From: the human T2T-CHM13v2.0 reference genome, Homo sapiens
Length of the DNA stretch: 64,000 bases
Direction: 5' to 3' (one strand)
Assembly: GCF_009914755.1 (NCBI RefSeq)
Contig: NC_060931.1
The translations under genes were made by a program, and so were the position numbers. Positions within the stretch are counted from its first letter, which is position 1. Each line of letters starts with the position of its first letter. Below are positions 19,436 through 34,679 of this stretch, piece by piece. The notes beneath the pieces are model-generated. The model did no database searches and was not told the origin of the DNA. It worked only from the letters and a program-made list of their open reading frames with translations.

Positions 19436-21094
19436 AAGAATATATTCAAAGGCAAACAACATGTTTGTATGGCTCTTCAAGCTTGCTAGGTTCCCTGGAG
19501 TCTCACTTAGATGTGTGTTGTTTATCAGTCAGACAGGCATACATGAAGCACTTCTTATCTGTACTTCTATAAATCTCTTAGCTCTCATTTCCAAAATCTC
19601 CCTGTTAAACTTTTCACTGCTCTGAAACCAACTCCAAACTGACTCTACCCTCTATGCTTACTAAAGCTGTGGATTTTAGTTGTCTACTTGTGGAAGGTAT
19701 AGAAATGGCCACAGTGTAAGTCCACAAATCATTCTTAACCAATGAAGAATCCATGATTCCTGACTAAACAATTTCAAGTTGTTGCCTCCCTTTAGTCTAT
19801 TACCTGTGCCCTTAAATTTTATTTAATTTTTTTTCCAGCTTATACTCATTGTCTTGAGAAGAGAATCATCCCACACCACACTACCACTACCAGAAGTAGC
19901 ACCATTTGTTCATTTTTGTGAAGCAGGAAAGAGTTGTGTATATACACATACACATGTACACATGTACACACGTAATAGAATGATGCTAAGTGCCAGATTG
20001 TATCTGCCTTAGCCTTGTCAAAGAGCATGGCTGTGGCTAGAGAAGTATTGGAACTGGGAGCTTTCAGTGCATAACCACAGGTTTTATATACATCTGGTAA
20101 GGGGAAAGAGTAGACAAGGGTAAGTCACATTAAGGGTGAGTTTCATCCTGCACTTGAGAGAAGAGTAAAGGAGGATATGAAGAATAAAAACAATTAATAA
20201 TTTAGTTATCTGAGGATGTATTACATGTTAATTTAAAGATAATGATAGTCCATTACTGTCTTCAGTTTTGATTTTAACATAAAAGAAATGATCAAAAGTA
20301 AAATTAACAATGAAGAGAAAGTTTCTTTGTTAAATATTTGAACAGGCCAGAGGAAGAAGTTATAAAACTCTTTTCTGTCAGTGTAGTAGAAGTAGACAAA
20401 ATAACATCGTGGCTTGGAGGATTGAAATCAAATTAAGATGAACGTGCCAAATGCTTGATGCTATTTCCAGGTGTAAAGGACAATAATTAGGCTATAAATT
20501 ATGATAAGATTTTGGAGAGGTGTACATCAATAATTACTTAGAATTACTTCTAATATACAAGGTGCGACTATGATGGTGATTATAATTCTTTCTTACCTTC
20601 TCTCAGCAAATTTTGTTTATATTAATCAATTGATGAACATAAAAAGCACATTCTGTATTAGAATTTTTTTAGCTACTTAAGATCACTAGAGTGTATTTTA
20701 TAGTCATAATATGGGCTTTATGATGAAAAAAATTTGTATAGGCAAAGCCTTATTATATCACTACTTATATTATCTACTGAGGACCTCATGTTGGCCTAGC
20801 TACTATATTTCATGCCTTTCATAAAAGCAACTCTATATCTGAGTTAAATGAGTCTTCATGCATAGCCTAAAAATGAACAAATCACTATGCACCCTGAATA
20901 CTCTTGGAAGGATAAATGTTGCATGTAGCGCAAACAAAACAGGAAAAATCGTATGTACAGCAAAAAAATTGTCCATGAGGATAGATGTAAGCAAATCTAA
21001 AGGAAGTCATTCAAAATGGGCAGAATGATGACTCTCCCACTCATATTTTCACAGTTCTTTGTTGCTTAAAGCTGGAGTTCTATTCTCTCATGTA

Positions 21095-21320
21095 TATTTA
21101 CAGATTTTTCGTTTAGTTATATTAACAATACACCTAATTCCAAGTGCTTTATACGTTTTGAAACATTTTCACTTAATTTGTTTGATCACAACAATTCTGC
21201 TGTTCTCCCAATTATACAGATGGCTTTCAGAGGAGTTAAATAAGATAATTAGCATGTGGCTATATTAGTCATGATTCTATTCGGTAGCAAACAGAATTTG
21301 CACGCAGGGATTTTTTTAAG
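21095..21320 (-). mobile_element. MIR relic
   Basis: 'caagtgctttatac...cacaacaattctg...tctcccaattatacagatgg' antisense MIR core. Confidence 0.5.
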
Positions 21321-21561
21321 CCAAGTCAAATGTCTTTTCCATCTTCTATGCTGACGAAATCTCTGAAGAAGATACAATTCCTTTGACGGTCAGAAAAACA
21401 GAGGCATTCAGAAACATCAACATGAGGGATCCCTTTTCTTAATTGCCTCGTTAGATCCAGACACCCTAGCAAGAAATTAGCCGTCCAAGTATTACGTTCT
21501 GAATAAACATCCACAGCAGGGGGAGGTCATTTAGAAGATTCACAAACTTTTGTTTCTTCAG

Positions 21562-21909
21562 CAGTCATATGCCACATAATGATGTTTTGATCAATGATAA
21601 ACCACAAACATGACGGTGGTTTCGTAAGAGTATAATACCATAATTTTAAGGTAACTTTTCTATGTTTAGCTCTGTTTAGATACATAGATACTTACTATTG
21701 TGTTACAGTTGCCTACAGTATTCAGTACAATAACATGCTATACAGGTTTGTAGCCCGGGACCACTAGGCCATACCACATAGCCCAGGCGTGTAGTAGGCT
21801 CTACCATCTATGTTTGTGTAAGTGCACTCTGTGTTGTTCCCACAAAGAAAAAATTACCCACAGATGCATTTCACAGAATGTATCCCCATCGTTAAGCAAC
21901 ACAGGACTG
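21562..21909 (+). mobile_element. Tigger3a (MER7A) DNA transposon
   Basis: Termini cagtcatatgccacataa and ttaagcaacacaggactg+TA; internal 'tgttacagttgcctacagtattcagtaca'. Confidence 0.85.
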
Positions 21910-22542
21910 TACTTTATGTGTACCAATTTAACGCCCTTGCCACTGTCTAATTTCTGTTATGGTTTTCCCATCATGTATGTTTTATTTTTCCTCCTACTGA
22001 ACTATAAACTTACTGGAGGCAGTATTTATATCAATTTTGTCATGTATCTCATGCAGGGCTTACCAAAATGTGTCACACACTGTAGTTCATGATAAATGTT
22101 TGTTAAATGAATTAACTATACAATCCTATTCTTGTTGTTTGTGTATTATAATTATGTTTCTTTGGTCTATTGACAAGAACTATCGGCTGGATGTAAAGTA
22201 TAAAAGTGGAGCTTTGACATCCATTAATGAATAAAGATGTATGGTTAAGCTAAGAAGGTGCCATACGATATGGTGAGGGACAATAATGAACTAATGCGAA
22301 TGGTATATGGAAAAAACATTAGCTATGTCAGGGGAAAAAAAGTAAAGAAAGTCAGGGAGAACTGGGGATTAGCAAGAGGAAGAATGAAGTCAATTTAGAA
22401 AAAGCTAGAAAAGACACTAGTTAGACTTATCCTTGGCTAAATGTCCAAGGGAACTGAGGAGGATGGGACACCCACATAAGTAACTCCTGCAGCAGTTATC
22501 CTGGGAGAGCATTTTTTGTCTGAACCTAAAGGGAAAATATTA

Positions 22543-22836
22543 TTTTTTCTTTTTTAGAGGCAGAGTCTCTCTCTCTCTCTGTCACTCAGGTTAGAGTGCA
22601 GTGGCTCTATCATAGCTCACTGCAGCCTCGAACGCCTGGGCTCAGATGATCCTCCTGCCCCAGCTTCCTAAGTAACTAGAAACACAAGTGTGCACCACTA
22701 CACATGGCTAATTTCTTGTAGAGACAGGGTCTCGTTATGTTTCCCAGCCTGGTCTCAAACTCCTGGCCTTAAGCAATACTCCCACCTCGGCCTCCTAAAA
22801 TGCTGGGATTACAGGCATGAGCCACCATAACCAGCC
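22543..22836 (-). mobile_element. AluJ-type SINE
   Basis: 'catagctcactgcagcctcgaac..ctgggctca' AluJ diagnostics; diverged. Confidence 0.9.
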
Positions 22837-23672
22837 CAAAAGGAAATTCAGAAAGAGTAAAACTTCTTCATTGGCCAGAGCACGCAAGGTATCATTCAGC
22901 TACGCTCCACGTAGAAGAAGAACGGAATGAAGACAAGAATTATCTCTCCTTTATTGAAACAGATGAAGATCAACTCAGTAGCTGTGATTTCAGCCATATG
23001 GAACAAATATTAAAACAGATTGCATGAAATAAAGAAGAAAACTCTAGCTGAAAACAACAACCGCAAATAGAATAGGAAACCTTTTCCAAGTGCTTAAAGA
23101 GAAAAAGATGGTTTCCTTAAGAGCCAATCATACAATTCCTCTCAGGGAGAACTTGGTGTCTGTGACAGGAACACCAGCACTAGGTCATAAAGATGAGGCT
23201 GCGGGGATAATGCTCATAGGTAATAAAAATGCTTTGCCCAAGACATTTACCAGGATGTTGAAGATGAGTGAGCTACACAAAGGGGGATAAAGATTCAGAG
23301 AGAGAACAGCCCCGGATATTGGTGGGAGATTAACACTGGTGACAAGAATGAGTCGAGCTCTTTTAAGCCCAGGGATGTCTAATATACAATTTTAAGTAAT
23401 TTGCTGTACAATTATCATGAACCTTTAGCAAAATGTGTTAAAAATAAGTTTGAGTCTAAGATACTTTGAGGAGCTAAATAATTGGGGGCTATTCATTTTG
23501 AGTGGTGAGGGATTATACAAAAATGTAGGACAAGAATAGACTTGTCTTCTTTTATATAGGAAAAGAAAGACAAATCAGAAACATTTTAATAGAAGCTAGC
23601 AATTGGAGTCAGGGGAAACTGGAGAAAATACTATATACTGCTTTGTTTCCCACTATATCGTTATGGCAATTG

Positions 23673-23708
23673 GAGACAATTTTATTGAAAGAGACAATTT
23701 TATTGAAA
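23673..23708. repeat. Perfect 18-bp tandem duplication (gagacaattttattgaaa x2)
   Basis: Directly visible. Confidence 0.9.
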
Positions 23709-24303
23709 TCTTCATGGGCAAAGCAACCCAAAGAAGTGAAGAACTAGTGAGGTACACAAGAAACTCAGAAAAAGATGGACTCATTCGTTTACTACCTACT
23801 TTCTTACTGCATGAAGTACAATTTAGTAATGGGGGATGAGACTTATACTGAACTAACCATGCTAATAAGAAAATTGTGAAAGAAACTAAGGAACACCGGG
23901 TTTATAAAGAGAGTGACTGGAAACCTAATTTTCCTGTGTATATGACTGCCCGAAGGAAAGCCTAGCTTAAGAATCAATGGAATAATAATAAATCAAAGGA
24001 ATAAATAATAAGTGTCTTCCAAAGAGGTCAGAGATAGACTGAAGTTGTGGGACCACATTTAGATCAGGTGGGTCTTCACCTCTCCAAAACTATTCATCAT
24101 TCTGTCAGATATTAATAGATAAAGAAAACAAGGAATAAACAGGAAAGTATGGGTGAGTTTCTTGGACTTTGTGAAAGACATTTTGATGTATACAGAGGCA
24201 ACAATTGAGCCACTCCAAATTAAAACACATCTTGCTAACCTCCAGTTATCTAAGCCCAGACAGGCTGTCCCCTCAATGTGCTTACCAACCCACGTAAGTA
24301 AAG

Positions 24304-24320
24304 GTGTGTGTGTGTGTGTG
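24304..24320. repeat. (GT)n microsatellite
   Basis: Directly visible. Confidence 0.9.
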
Positions 24321-24487
24321 AATGCTAACATAAGCAGATTGCATTAAGGATGGAAATACATGGGAATACAAGGGGATAAAACTTCCTAATAATAACAATA
24401 ATGGACCAGTCATCATGTTAAGCCCCATGCAAATAGGTCACTGAATATGTTATCTGTTTATGATTTACATAAAACCCTTTATTGTAA

Positions 24488-24849
<362 letters not shown>

Positions 24850-24954
24850 TAATTAATTAATTTATTTATTTATTTATTTTTTAACATTACAATGTGCCTG
24901 CGCTTTTCCTTTCAGATCACAGTGTCTATCTTTGGCTTTTTAATACTGAACGGT

Positions 24955-25135
24955 AATAATAGCTATTATTTATTAGGTGCATACTAATTGCCAGGTGCCT
25001 GTGCCCACCGAAACTTATTTACTCCTCACCAACAACTCTATGAGGTCACTACTATGATCCTGTTTTTTATAAATGAGGAAACTGCAGCTTGAAGAGTTTA
25101 TTTCTTAAGGTGAAATGTTAGCAAGTGGCATACCA
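24955..25135 (-). mobile_element. MIR relic
   Basis: 'cctcaccaacaactctatgagg...ttttataaatgaggaaactg'. Confidence 0.65.
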
Positions 25136-27164
25136 CCGATGGAAGCCATAAAGACTTGACACAACACTTCATAACAAGAAAAAAATAAGGGAAAAAGTGG
25201 TACTAGTAAAAGATACCTGAAAAAGGACAAAGTGGTACTGGCAAAGCTGCTACTGAAAGAAAGTCCTTATTATCTCTTGGGTGTCAGGAGGACACTGGGT
25301 AATGTTAGTTCACTTTTCCACAGTGCCCTATCATGGCACAAACTCGGAGTCATCAGTGTCAAAACCAAGATTTCCTTGAAGATGATGAAGACACCTAGCA
25401 TCTGAAGCAGTGCTTGTATTTATTTTCTAAGCCCATTTGTCTTTCCCAAAGGTTATATTCATTGCAAAGAATCACAGGCAGCAAGCTGCACACTGCACTA
25501 AACACCAAGCCTCAGGTCCTGAGCACAGAAGCTTGGGGCATAAGTAAACTGTAGCTAGATTAGCCCTTACGAGTAACCTAATCAGAGTTTTTGTTTTAAA
25601 ACATTTTCACACAACAAAATACTCAGGGATAGCACTATCTTTTTCTTTCTAAGTAAACTCACTAGTTCAGTAATTCTCCAATCAGTTATCTCAAATTGGC
25701 CCAATATTTATTGACTGCTCCCCTTTGTCCAACAGATGAAGCTCGCTGCACAAAAAGGCCACTTATCCAATCCATCTCTAAAGACATGGCTTGCCTAGAA
25801 AATTAGCGCCAGGCCTGGCCTGGTGTAGGTAATTAGGTGAGGTGATTTCTGAGATTTTAGTTCCACGTATTCAAAGTAACTCTCATCTAACTGAAAGTGG
25901 TTTCCATAGAGGATTTTTTTCTAGCCTCCATTCAGGTCAAGTTTGACAGCAAATAATATTCAATCAAAGGAACTGTTGGGCCAAGGAAAAGGTCAACATA
26001 GAATTTGAAGTCCCTCATTTCACAGATATTTTTATTCCCTTGGGATAAACACATTAGCAGTCTTTTCTGATTTCTCATCAGAAAAGACTGAGCGCTGAGC
26101 ATGAAGGGCTTTTCAGAATTCAGATACTCATTTCTGTGATGGTACTTGAAGTTCAGATGATGGAAATAATAGTAGATAGCGGCCCCAGGCCAGAAAAGCC
26201 TGCTTCTGGGAAGAAAAAAGAGGGTACTGTGACTGGAAGCATTGTGAGCTTCAAGTTCAACTTCAGGGTTTCAACCCTTCTCTTTGCACAGGAAAATAAT
26301 TCAAAAATAGAGAACTAATAAAAACAAAAGGGAATCTGAAATTTTAACCAACTGTTTTATGATCTGGCCTTCCAAGGCCTGGTGTAAATCAATATCTCTG
26401 GATTCATTTATGCCCAGGATGTGCCTGTGAATTTACATCAAAACTAAGGCCGTTTGACAAACGTTCATTAAGAGCCTATTCCATGCCAGGCCCTTGGGGA
26501 AATGAAAGGGCACAGGGCAGATAAAACAGCAGCCGGCTTTTGAATAAGAACAGGTGGATTTGTAGTGCTAATGTTGTTTCATTAGGGTCCAAATGTCGTG
26601 CATGCTAAAACCGCTCTTTTTTGTTGCTGCATTCATTTTCCCATCTCCTATTGCCATATCCTTTCGTAACAGAGTGTCTCCTTTCCTCTGATCAACCTCT
26701 TCCCCACCTCCTCATTGTACAATATCTTCCTGGACAGGTCCAAGGAAAAGATGCGTGAATCACCACATGCCCATCAGAGCTCTTCCCTGGAAGTTTCTAA
26801 TTAGAGGCGAGGGTACAGCAGCCTATCACATCTGAGAGTCTATCTGCAAAAAAAGGTCCTTAGAGGGACAGGCAGGGGTGAATGAGGAACCGAGGGAAGG
26901 AGCTATCATCCCCTAGTAGCATGGAGAGTACTTAGGTTCTGTCCCTGGGTCTCTTGATCCCTGCAGCATTTCTTTGAGAATGTCTCTATAGGATATAGAG
27001 GGACTAAAAGAGAGACTTCAAATTCTATGTTGACTTTTTTCCTGGCCCAGGAGTTCCTTTGACTAGCTCTACAGGATCTTCCCCAGGTTGATGAGCCAAT
27101 TCCACCCTGGCTCCTAAGTCCCTCTTTTCCTAAGCAAGGGTTGATTTCCTATCTCTAGACACTG

Positions 27165-27350
27165 AAAGAATCTTAACTAGTATTATGACCTCAGGACAAT
27201 TATTTAAGCTATTATTGCTTCATTTTCATTTTCTATGGGGTTAAAAGACATAGCTAATGGTGCTATTGAGTTTTAAACTAGATTATACATAGGAAACACT
27301 CCACACACAGTAAATGCTCAATAAGGAAGAGCTATTTGCATTATTGTTAC
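27165..27350 (+). mobile_element. MIR relic
   Basis: 'tatgacctcaggacaattatttaa...cacacagtaaatgctcaataa'. Confidence 0.55.
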
Positions 27351-27691
27351 TACTAATGCTGACAAGAGGAGGCTCTGCAACAAAAACACCAAACGTTCCT
27401 ATGATGGTATAGTAAATCAACATAATCCAATTTACTCTTTGGTTTCATGGGTATCTGGTCAAAATAAATCTATTACGGGAAGTGACCATCACTGGAAGAG
27501 CTGATACGTATCCAGTCTGAGGCTAAAATATAAAAACCAAATCCTAGATTTGGGGACTCAACTGACGTGCTGCCCATAGGTGAGCAAGAGTTGGAGATCC
27601 CATAAGCAAACTTCATCCAGGTGTCATGGAAAATTATGTTGGAAAGATAGGATAGGCCAGGCTTGATTTTTGAGTAAAGGGAATTTGGTCT

Positions 27692-27693
<2 letters not shown>

Positions 27694-27721
<28 letters not shown>
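27694..27721. repeat. Poly(T)28 tract
   Basis: Directly visible. Confidence 0.95.
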
Positions 27722-27726
<5 letters not shown>

Positions 27727-27989
27727 GGCACATGCTGTAACTCAGTGGGATTAATTTAGTTTAATGAAGAAGCAAAAGTGGCCTGACACATGATCCAATA
27801 AAATGTTGGTGATAAATCTTTGTTCCGTTCCCTCTGAGAACCTGGAGGCCAACAGTGACACAATTAAATGTGCAAACACTGATCTGTCATATTTTGATAA
27901 ATCCTTGATGTTCCATCTCTGAAGACCCTGCAAAGGTTAAGTCCCGTGAGTTCTCAAGCCAGTTTCAGCGTTTGAAGAAGCTGCCTTGT

Positions 27990-28200
27990 CTTGAGAAGCA
28001 AGTCTCACAAACACTATGGCATGTTGTTCATGTATTCACTTATTTACTTCTCAAAATTCTATGATGTAGTTATTTATATATCTTTCCCATTTTATAGATA
28101 TGGAAACAGAGACACTGAAAAGGTAAGTGACTTTTGCAAATTCATATGGCTAATAAGACAAAGACTCAAACACAGACCAGACAATCTGGTCTAGTTCATG
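27990..28200 (-). mobile_element. MIR relic
   Basis: 'cccattttatagatatggaaacagagacactgaaaaggtaagtgactt'. Confidence 0.65.
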
Positions 28201-28302
28201 TTATTAGCTCCTATACAAACCCACTCAACTACCACTGCAGCTAGTACTACTGCAGGGAAGTGAATGAACTCTGGAGAGATTGAAGTGGATATAAGTGATT
28301 GG

Positions 28303-28909
28303 CTAAGATTTGGAAGCAACCAAAGTGTCCATTGACAGATGACTGAATTTAAAAACATGTGGTGTATATACACAATGGAGTACTATTCAGCCATAAAAAA
28401 GAATGAGATCCAGTCACTTGCAGCAACATGGATGGAACTGGAGACCATTATGTTAAAAGAAATCAGCCAGGCACCAAAAGACAAACATCATGTGTTCTCA
28501 CTTATTTGTGGGATCTGAAAATCAAATCAACTGAACTCATGGACATAGTAGAAGGATAGTTACCAGAGGCTGGGAAGAGTAGTGGGGGGTTGCGGGAGAG
28601 GTGGGGATTGTTAATGGCTACAAAAAAAAAATAGAAAAAATGAATAAGACCTACTAGTTGATAGCACAACAGGATGACTATAGTCAGTAATAACTTAATG
28701 GTATAATTTAAAATAACTTAAAGAATGTAACTGGATTATTTGTAACTCAAAAGATAAATGCTGGAAGGGATGGATACCGTATTCTCTCTGATTTGCTTAT
28801 TTCACTTTGCATGCCTGTATCAAAACAGCTCATGTATTTCATAAATATATATACCTACTATGTACTGACAAAAATTTTAAAAAATTAAAAATAAAAAATT
28901 AAATTAAAA
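28303..28909 (+). mobile_element. 5'-truncated L1MA2-like 3' end inserted in an L2 relic
   Basis: ORF2 C-terminus, L1MA 3'UTR, A-rich tail; TSD ataagtgattgg (28291-28302) / ataaatgattgg (28910-28921). Confidence 0.85.
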
Positions 28910-30749
28910 ATAAATGATTGGGGATAAGAAGGTGTCAAAAAATGACTTTCAGTTTTGCAGTTTGTGCAAGTTGTTGGAGAAAGGCATCACCCACTGAGAT
29001 GAAGAATATTCTTTCTCCCTGTTAATACTCTCATTGCTCAGCCTGAGGCTTAGGCTCCTGTGAGGGTCGGGGTGTGAGTGGAGTTGTGGAGGGTAAGCCA
29101 GATGCACCGGGCGAACACTCTGGACTTGAGATATTTGTCCACCCAAGTCTTTTGAGCTAAGTTAGATCAGCTTTGTATCCTGCTTCCATTTTGAAAGCAG
29201 GAACCATGTGGTCAAAATATCTTCTAGGTTTTGCAAGGCATGCTGGGCTGAGAACTTTCTGCTGGTGACTCCAGAGCCTGGATATTGAATGAGGTCTAGT
29301 TCCAGAAACATATACTTCAAAATGCACGTTGGCACTTAACATTTTTCCATCTCTCCCCTCGTATATTCAGACCATCATATATCTGTTGTAACATTTTTCA
29401 TGTCCTGGCTACCACCTTTGGCCTTTGGTGGTCTATGTGACAGTTGCCATAGTCTGAGAATCCAAGGATAATGTGTTTTCTTTTTCTGAAATTATTTTTG
29501 TACCTTTTACATATGCTGCAAAAGTTTCATTTTAAGAAACAACTTGAGGTTTAAATTCAGCTTAATTTTTCCATCTGGTTTATCTTCATGTGTTTAGAAA
29601 ATGTTTTTATGTTTTAGAAATCCAGGTTATAAGAAGAAATGACTAGTTAGTTAGTTCAAGAGATTTCCCTCATTCTCTAAAAAAGGCTAGTTATTAACAC
29701 AAACATGATCTTATTAGGGGAATTCAGGTCTTTTATGATTTAATCTTAGGGTACAGATGGCAAGCGTAAGTGCAGTAAATACCAGAACCATGCAGAATTC
29801 TTGGTTCAGGTTCTTGGAATTCATCACAATTTATTTTGTCAACATTTGTCCTATTCTACACTTGGCATCAAGCTGAGTGAGTTGTGTCCCCAGATGTCAA
29901 GAAGGAACATGCAATCTCATGAGAGTGAGAGGATAAAATGCTTATGACCCTCCAGTGTATCTCAGTCATAACCTAAAGGGAAATGAGCTCTTGTCTGGGG
30001 ACCAGAGGAGAGAATCAGACAAAGAGGCTTCTAGATTGCTCTGCTGGAGTTGTTGACTTAAGGTCCTCTCTCAAAATTCTGAATCAGAGTCCCAAACAGA
30101 ATAAAACTTTGGCTGGGTTCAGGTTCAGTTTTAAAGGTATTTTGAATTCTGGTTCAATAGCTTTAAAAATATATTTCTTCTGGCTCAAACTGGTTTATTA
30201 CTTTTGTTGAAAAATGTTTGAGTCATTGAGGGGAAGAACTGAACACTTGGGTTTGTTACGAGGCTTCCAAACAGACAGGGAGTGCGACTGCATTTGTGTT
30301 TACAGGACAGGTTGCATCAAGCACCTGGTGGGAATGCAGGCATCTAGAAAAGGGAGAATGCTAATGGGAGTGAGCCCATTGGAGCCCATTGTTGCTGAGT
30401 TTGGCGTACTCCCAGTGGGCATGAGAAAGACGTGGAGAAAGGCAGCCAAATGAGCTGGCATAGAACATCAAAACTGGCTGAGGAATTTTAAAAGGCATAA
30501 AGGGCTTTTAATCAGGAGGCAGTACCCTGAGGGAGATCAAAAGCCTGTTAGATACATCTATTAAGATGGAATTTAGTGGTAAAAGGGCCATTTGGATAAT
30601 TACAGCCTCATATGTGATTCTTATTGCCTCTATCCTTAGAAGCCTCTGAAGAGAACAAAAGATCCTGCTTATATTGATGGAGACCTGTCACCCTGCAGAC
30701 ACCAGCACAGAGTAACGTGGTTTGCAGAGGAGGTGTTGGCTGCCAGCTG

Positions 30750-31350
<601 letters not shown>

Positions 31351-33369
31351 TCCTTATCTGCATAAAAAAATGGGAAACGAAACAATGGAAAAACTAAACA
31401 AATTGCTGTGTTGGGCTAACCCGGCCAGATACTAATCAACAGTGAAATCACACCCAACTCCCTTGGCTCACCAATGCTCCTCCTAATGATCAGGTAGCTT
31501 TCCTTCGGATTTCCCTTCAGGGAGGGAATGTGCTGGTCAGGCTGGTCAGGCTGACATGAATATCTATTTTGTTTGACAGCTATTCCTTACTGGAAATGAA
31601 TAAATTGTGATTCTGACTTACTCATTAGTCTTCAGTACTTTATTTTTTCTCAGCCTAAATCAGCATTTCTAAATCCAATTAACTTTGATACAGGCACAAG
31701 GGTGTTTTTATGAGCCTATGTGGCAGGGGGCCAGGCCCTCAACATCAGTTAATGTAGGAAGGTGATTTCACTCTGAAAGGGTCTTTCTGTGTAGCCAGCC
31801 AACTTTCCATGGCCTAAGCCCCATGTTCATGCTGTGCCACCTTTTCTCCATCTGAACCTCTAGCCCTTTCTGAAGCTTAGAGTGGGGTTTTACTATGTTG
31901 CAAAGTGATAATGTAACATAGTAAATGCAATGCAACAGAGTAAAACAGTAAATGCAGAATGAGTGTTAGCAAGTATGATGATCATGATTATGATTACTGA
32001 CATTGCTGTCACCTCACCCTTGTATCTTAATTAGGCCTCACTCCTTTTTATTAAAGTTCCTGATATTAAAAGATTATAATTCATTTGATATGGGTTGCTG
32101 AAGTACAGTGAATTCAATAGACTGTCTCCAATTTTTAATTAATGTAAAGCTGCCCTGAAATAGCTCCTTTTCCCATAGTTGTCAAAATGTGCTTTTCTAC
32201 TTACAATCATTTCCTTAAGAGGAGAAGGAAAGAAGATCTCAAATGTATTGAGCACTTACTCTCTTTCGACATCGTTAGATAGAAAATAAGTCTGCGATGG
32301 TGTCTCCAACTTCAGTTCAGCACAGGATACTCTCTCTGACCTAGCCCTCTACCTCTTCAGAGATTTAAAGGCTGTGGGAGGGCAAAGAAACAAGTTTCTG
32401 CATCTTCAGGTTCACCTCCAGCCTATTTTTTTTTTCCAGGGCCTTGTCCTAGTTTGGACTTGAATTGGGGCAAGTTCAGAGGTATTGAGATGGATGCATT
32501 GAAGCCAAAAGCAGAGAAGAAACAAGATCAGGTTGTACCCCAGGGAGAATTCAGGAAGTAAGACAAATTATACCTCGGGAAGAAAAAGATGGGTCAGGGC
32601 CTAATGCTAGCAACACAGCAGGCAAAGAGGAATTTAAATGAGACTAAGAACAGAAAGCATAGCAGATGGCAGCTTGCCATTAGCAAATCTGAGATATAAA
32701 GCAGTGGGGTTATCACTGTCAAAATTTGCTAGTCCTACGAGTGGCTAGTTCAGTATCTTAGAGCAGATTGGGATGCCCGGACTTAGGAGACTTCAGTGAT
32801 TCTTCCTAAGGAAATGCCAGCGGCAGGGGTCCTGAGAGAGCTAATGCAATGCTTTAAGAATAAATGAAGGTCCAATATGAGGAGAGCAGGCAGTGGAAAC
32901 AATCCACAGGAACCAAAGAAGAGGTCCGGGAGGTTCACAGACCCAGGGACAGGGATTGGGAGGGCAGGCATAGATTGAAGTAAAAGTGGTAGGAAGCCAA
33001 GGAGTGAAGAGCAGATAGAGAAAGGAAGGGAGGAGGATGGACTGGCATTTAGAGTGGTTGATTCAAAGGCTGACTGGTGTGCGTGACTTACTTTAGAGAT
33101 TTGCAAACAGGACAGACTTACAATGCCATAAGAAGAGGGAAAGGCACCAAGGTAAGCATGGAGGACTCAGGCAAATACATAATGATCCTTTTCCAATCCT
33201 TCATGAAGCTGAGCCCAGGATGGACAGATGAACTGACGGCGAGATAACAGGATAGATGGATGGAAAGCCTACACAACCTGTCCTGACTATTTAGTGCATC
33301 TCAGACTCTGTTGTTTCAAAGCATTTCCTGCATGGACTTCTCTGAGCCTCGCTTCCTTCTTCTGCACCA

Positions 33370-34027
33370 CGACTGGGACATAAGTTTCAATCATTTTGTG
33401 TTTATTAAACCAGCGTTAGGGCACATCTGAGAAAAACACAAGCCACAGACACATCTGTGGGGGCTCTACAGAAGAGATTTTCAGAGGTTTAGTATTATAT
33501 ACATTCCCTTAAAGCAGGGGGGTGGGTATATGGGGCGGTAAGTAGGAAGACAGATAGGTAGACAGTAAGGTGCATAGTTACATTTCTGTGAGATTTTAGT
33601 TAGTGTCCAGTAAATCTACATTTTTCATAAGAAGACCATCTGAAGGGAAAAAATGAGTAAAGAAGAGTCAATATGTAGCTGCCTCTGGGTAGGTGAGAAT
33701 GTTTGGTCTCATCATGTCTTTTTTCGGCACCTGAGAAGCTAAGCTTGTAATGGGCATTACCAGTGTGCAGTTTTAGAAGCTAGACTTAGATTGTAGATCT
33801 AAAGTTGCTATTGACATGTCCTTGCCTAGGGGAGGCCAGCAAAGAATTTACCTATGAATAATCTGTGAGGGCAGCCTGAGGGCTTTTATCTTTCCATGGG
33901 GTCTGGCTGATGTTAGTAACAGCTATTCATTTGGAAGAGGGTGTTGCAATGAATCAGCCTCCTGGCTTGAGCTTCCCTTTTGCCTAAGAATGTGGGGGGT
34001 CCTGATATTTTTATTTTCCTTTGCACA
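33370..34027 (-). mobile_element. ERV1 MER4-group solo LTR (MER65-like)
   Basis: Reverse complement starts 'tgtgcaaaggaaaataaaaatatcaggacccccc...ccctcttccaaatgaatagctgttactaac'. Confidence 0.65.
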
Positions 34028-34514
34028 TCTAACAAGATGGCTACCACATCTTAGGTGTTCAAGAAGTGACATTCACTTCCAGATATTCTTGGTGCTCCTG
34101 GGTGGAGACAAACCTGTGTAAACTGTAAGCCTCGGTTTTGGGGACACACTGGGTTCTGCCAGTGCTCTGAATGCAAAGGCACAGGTTTAAAACCCTTGAC
34201 CACTTCCAGTGGCTACAGAATAAAACAGAAACTCCTTACACACATTGGCCCTCTCTGCTAATCCATCTCCCACTCTTTCCTTACAAGCTGAAGGCACCAA
34301 TATCCTTGTCTCACCATTTCCCAAACACAGCCCTTCTTTCCTGCCTCTATACTTCTGATCACACTTGTCCCATTTGGAAAGATTCTCCAATCTTGTATTC
34401 CTCCACCTGCCCAAGGCCTACCCACCTAAGTCAAAGCTGCTTTTCCTCACTATTCACCCTCCACTCTTCTGTCTGCTTCCATTACACTCTGATTTCACCT
34501 TTCCCATATCCTGT

Positions 34515-34655
34515 TTCCAGGATGCTTGTTAAAACACATTGCTAGTCCCACCTCCAGGTTTCTGATTCCATAGGTGTAGAAATGTGCATTTCTAGTGAGT
34601 TCCCAGGGGATGTTCATGCTGCTCTTCTCAGGACCACACTAGGAGAACCACTGCA
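34515..34655. mobile_element. MER5A hAT fragment
   Basis: 'gcttgttaaaacacattgct...tttctgattc...tgcatttcta...ggaccacactaggagaaccactg'. Confidence 0.75.
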
Positions 34656-34679
34656 GAAGATGCACAATAATAAAATAGA

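Noticed and set aside
22190-24250. Purine-rich stretch that might be an ancient LINE or a host exon
   Set aside because: I could not support any recognisable motif, splice structure or protein similarity.
27694-27721. Orphan T28 tract (and A22 at 36335-36356) as poly(A)-only retrotransposition events
   Set aside because: Both abut TT/AAAA-like junctions but show no duplicated flank; slippage expansion is sufficient.
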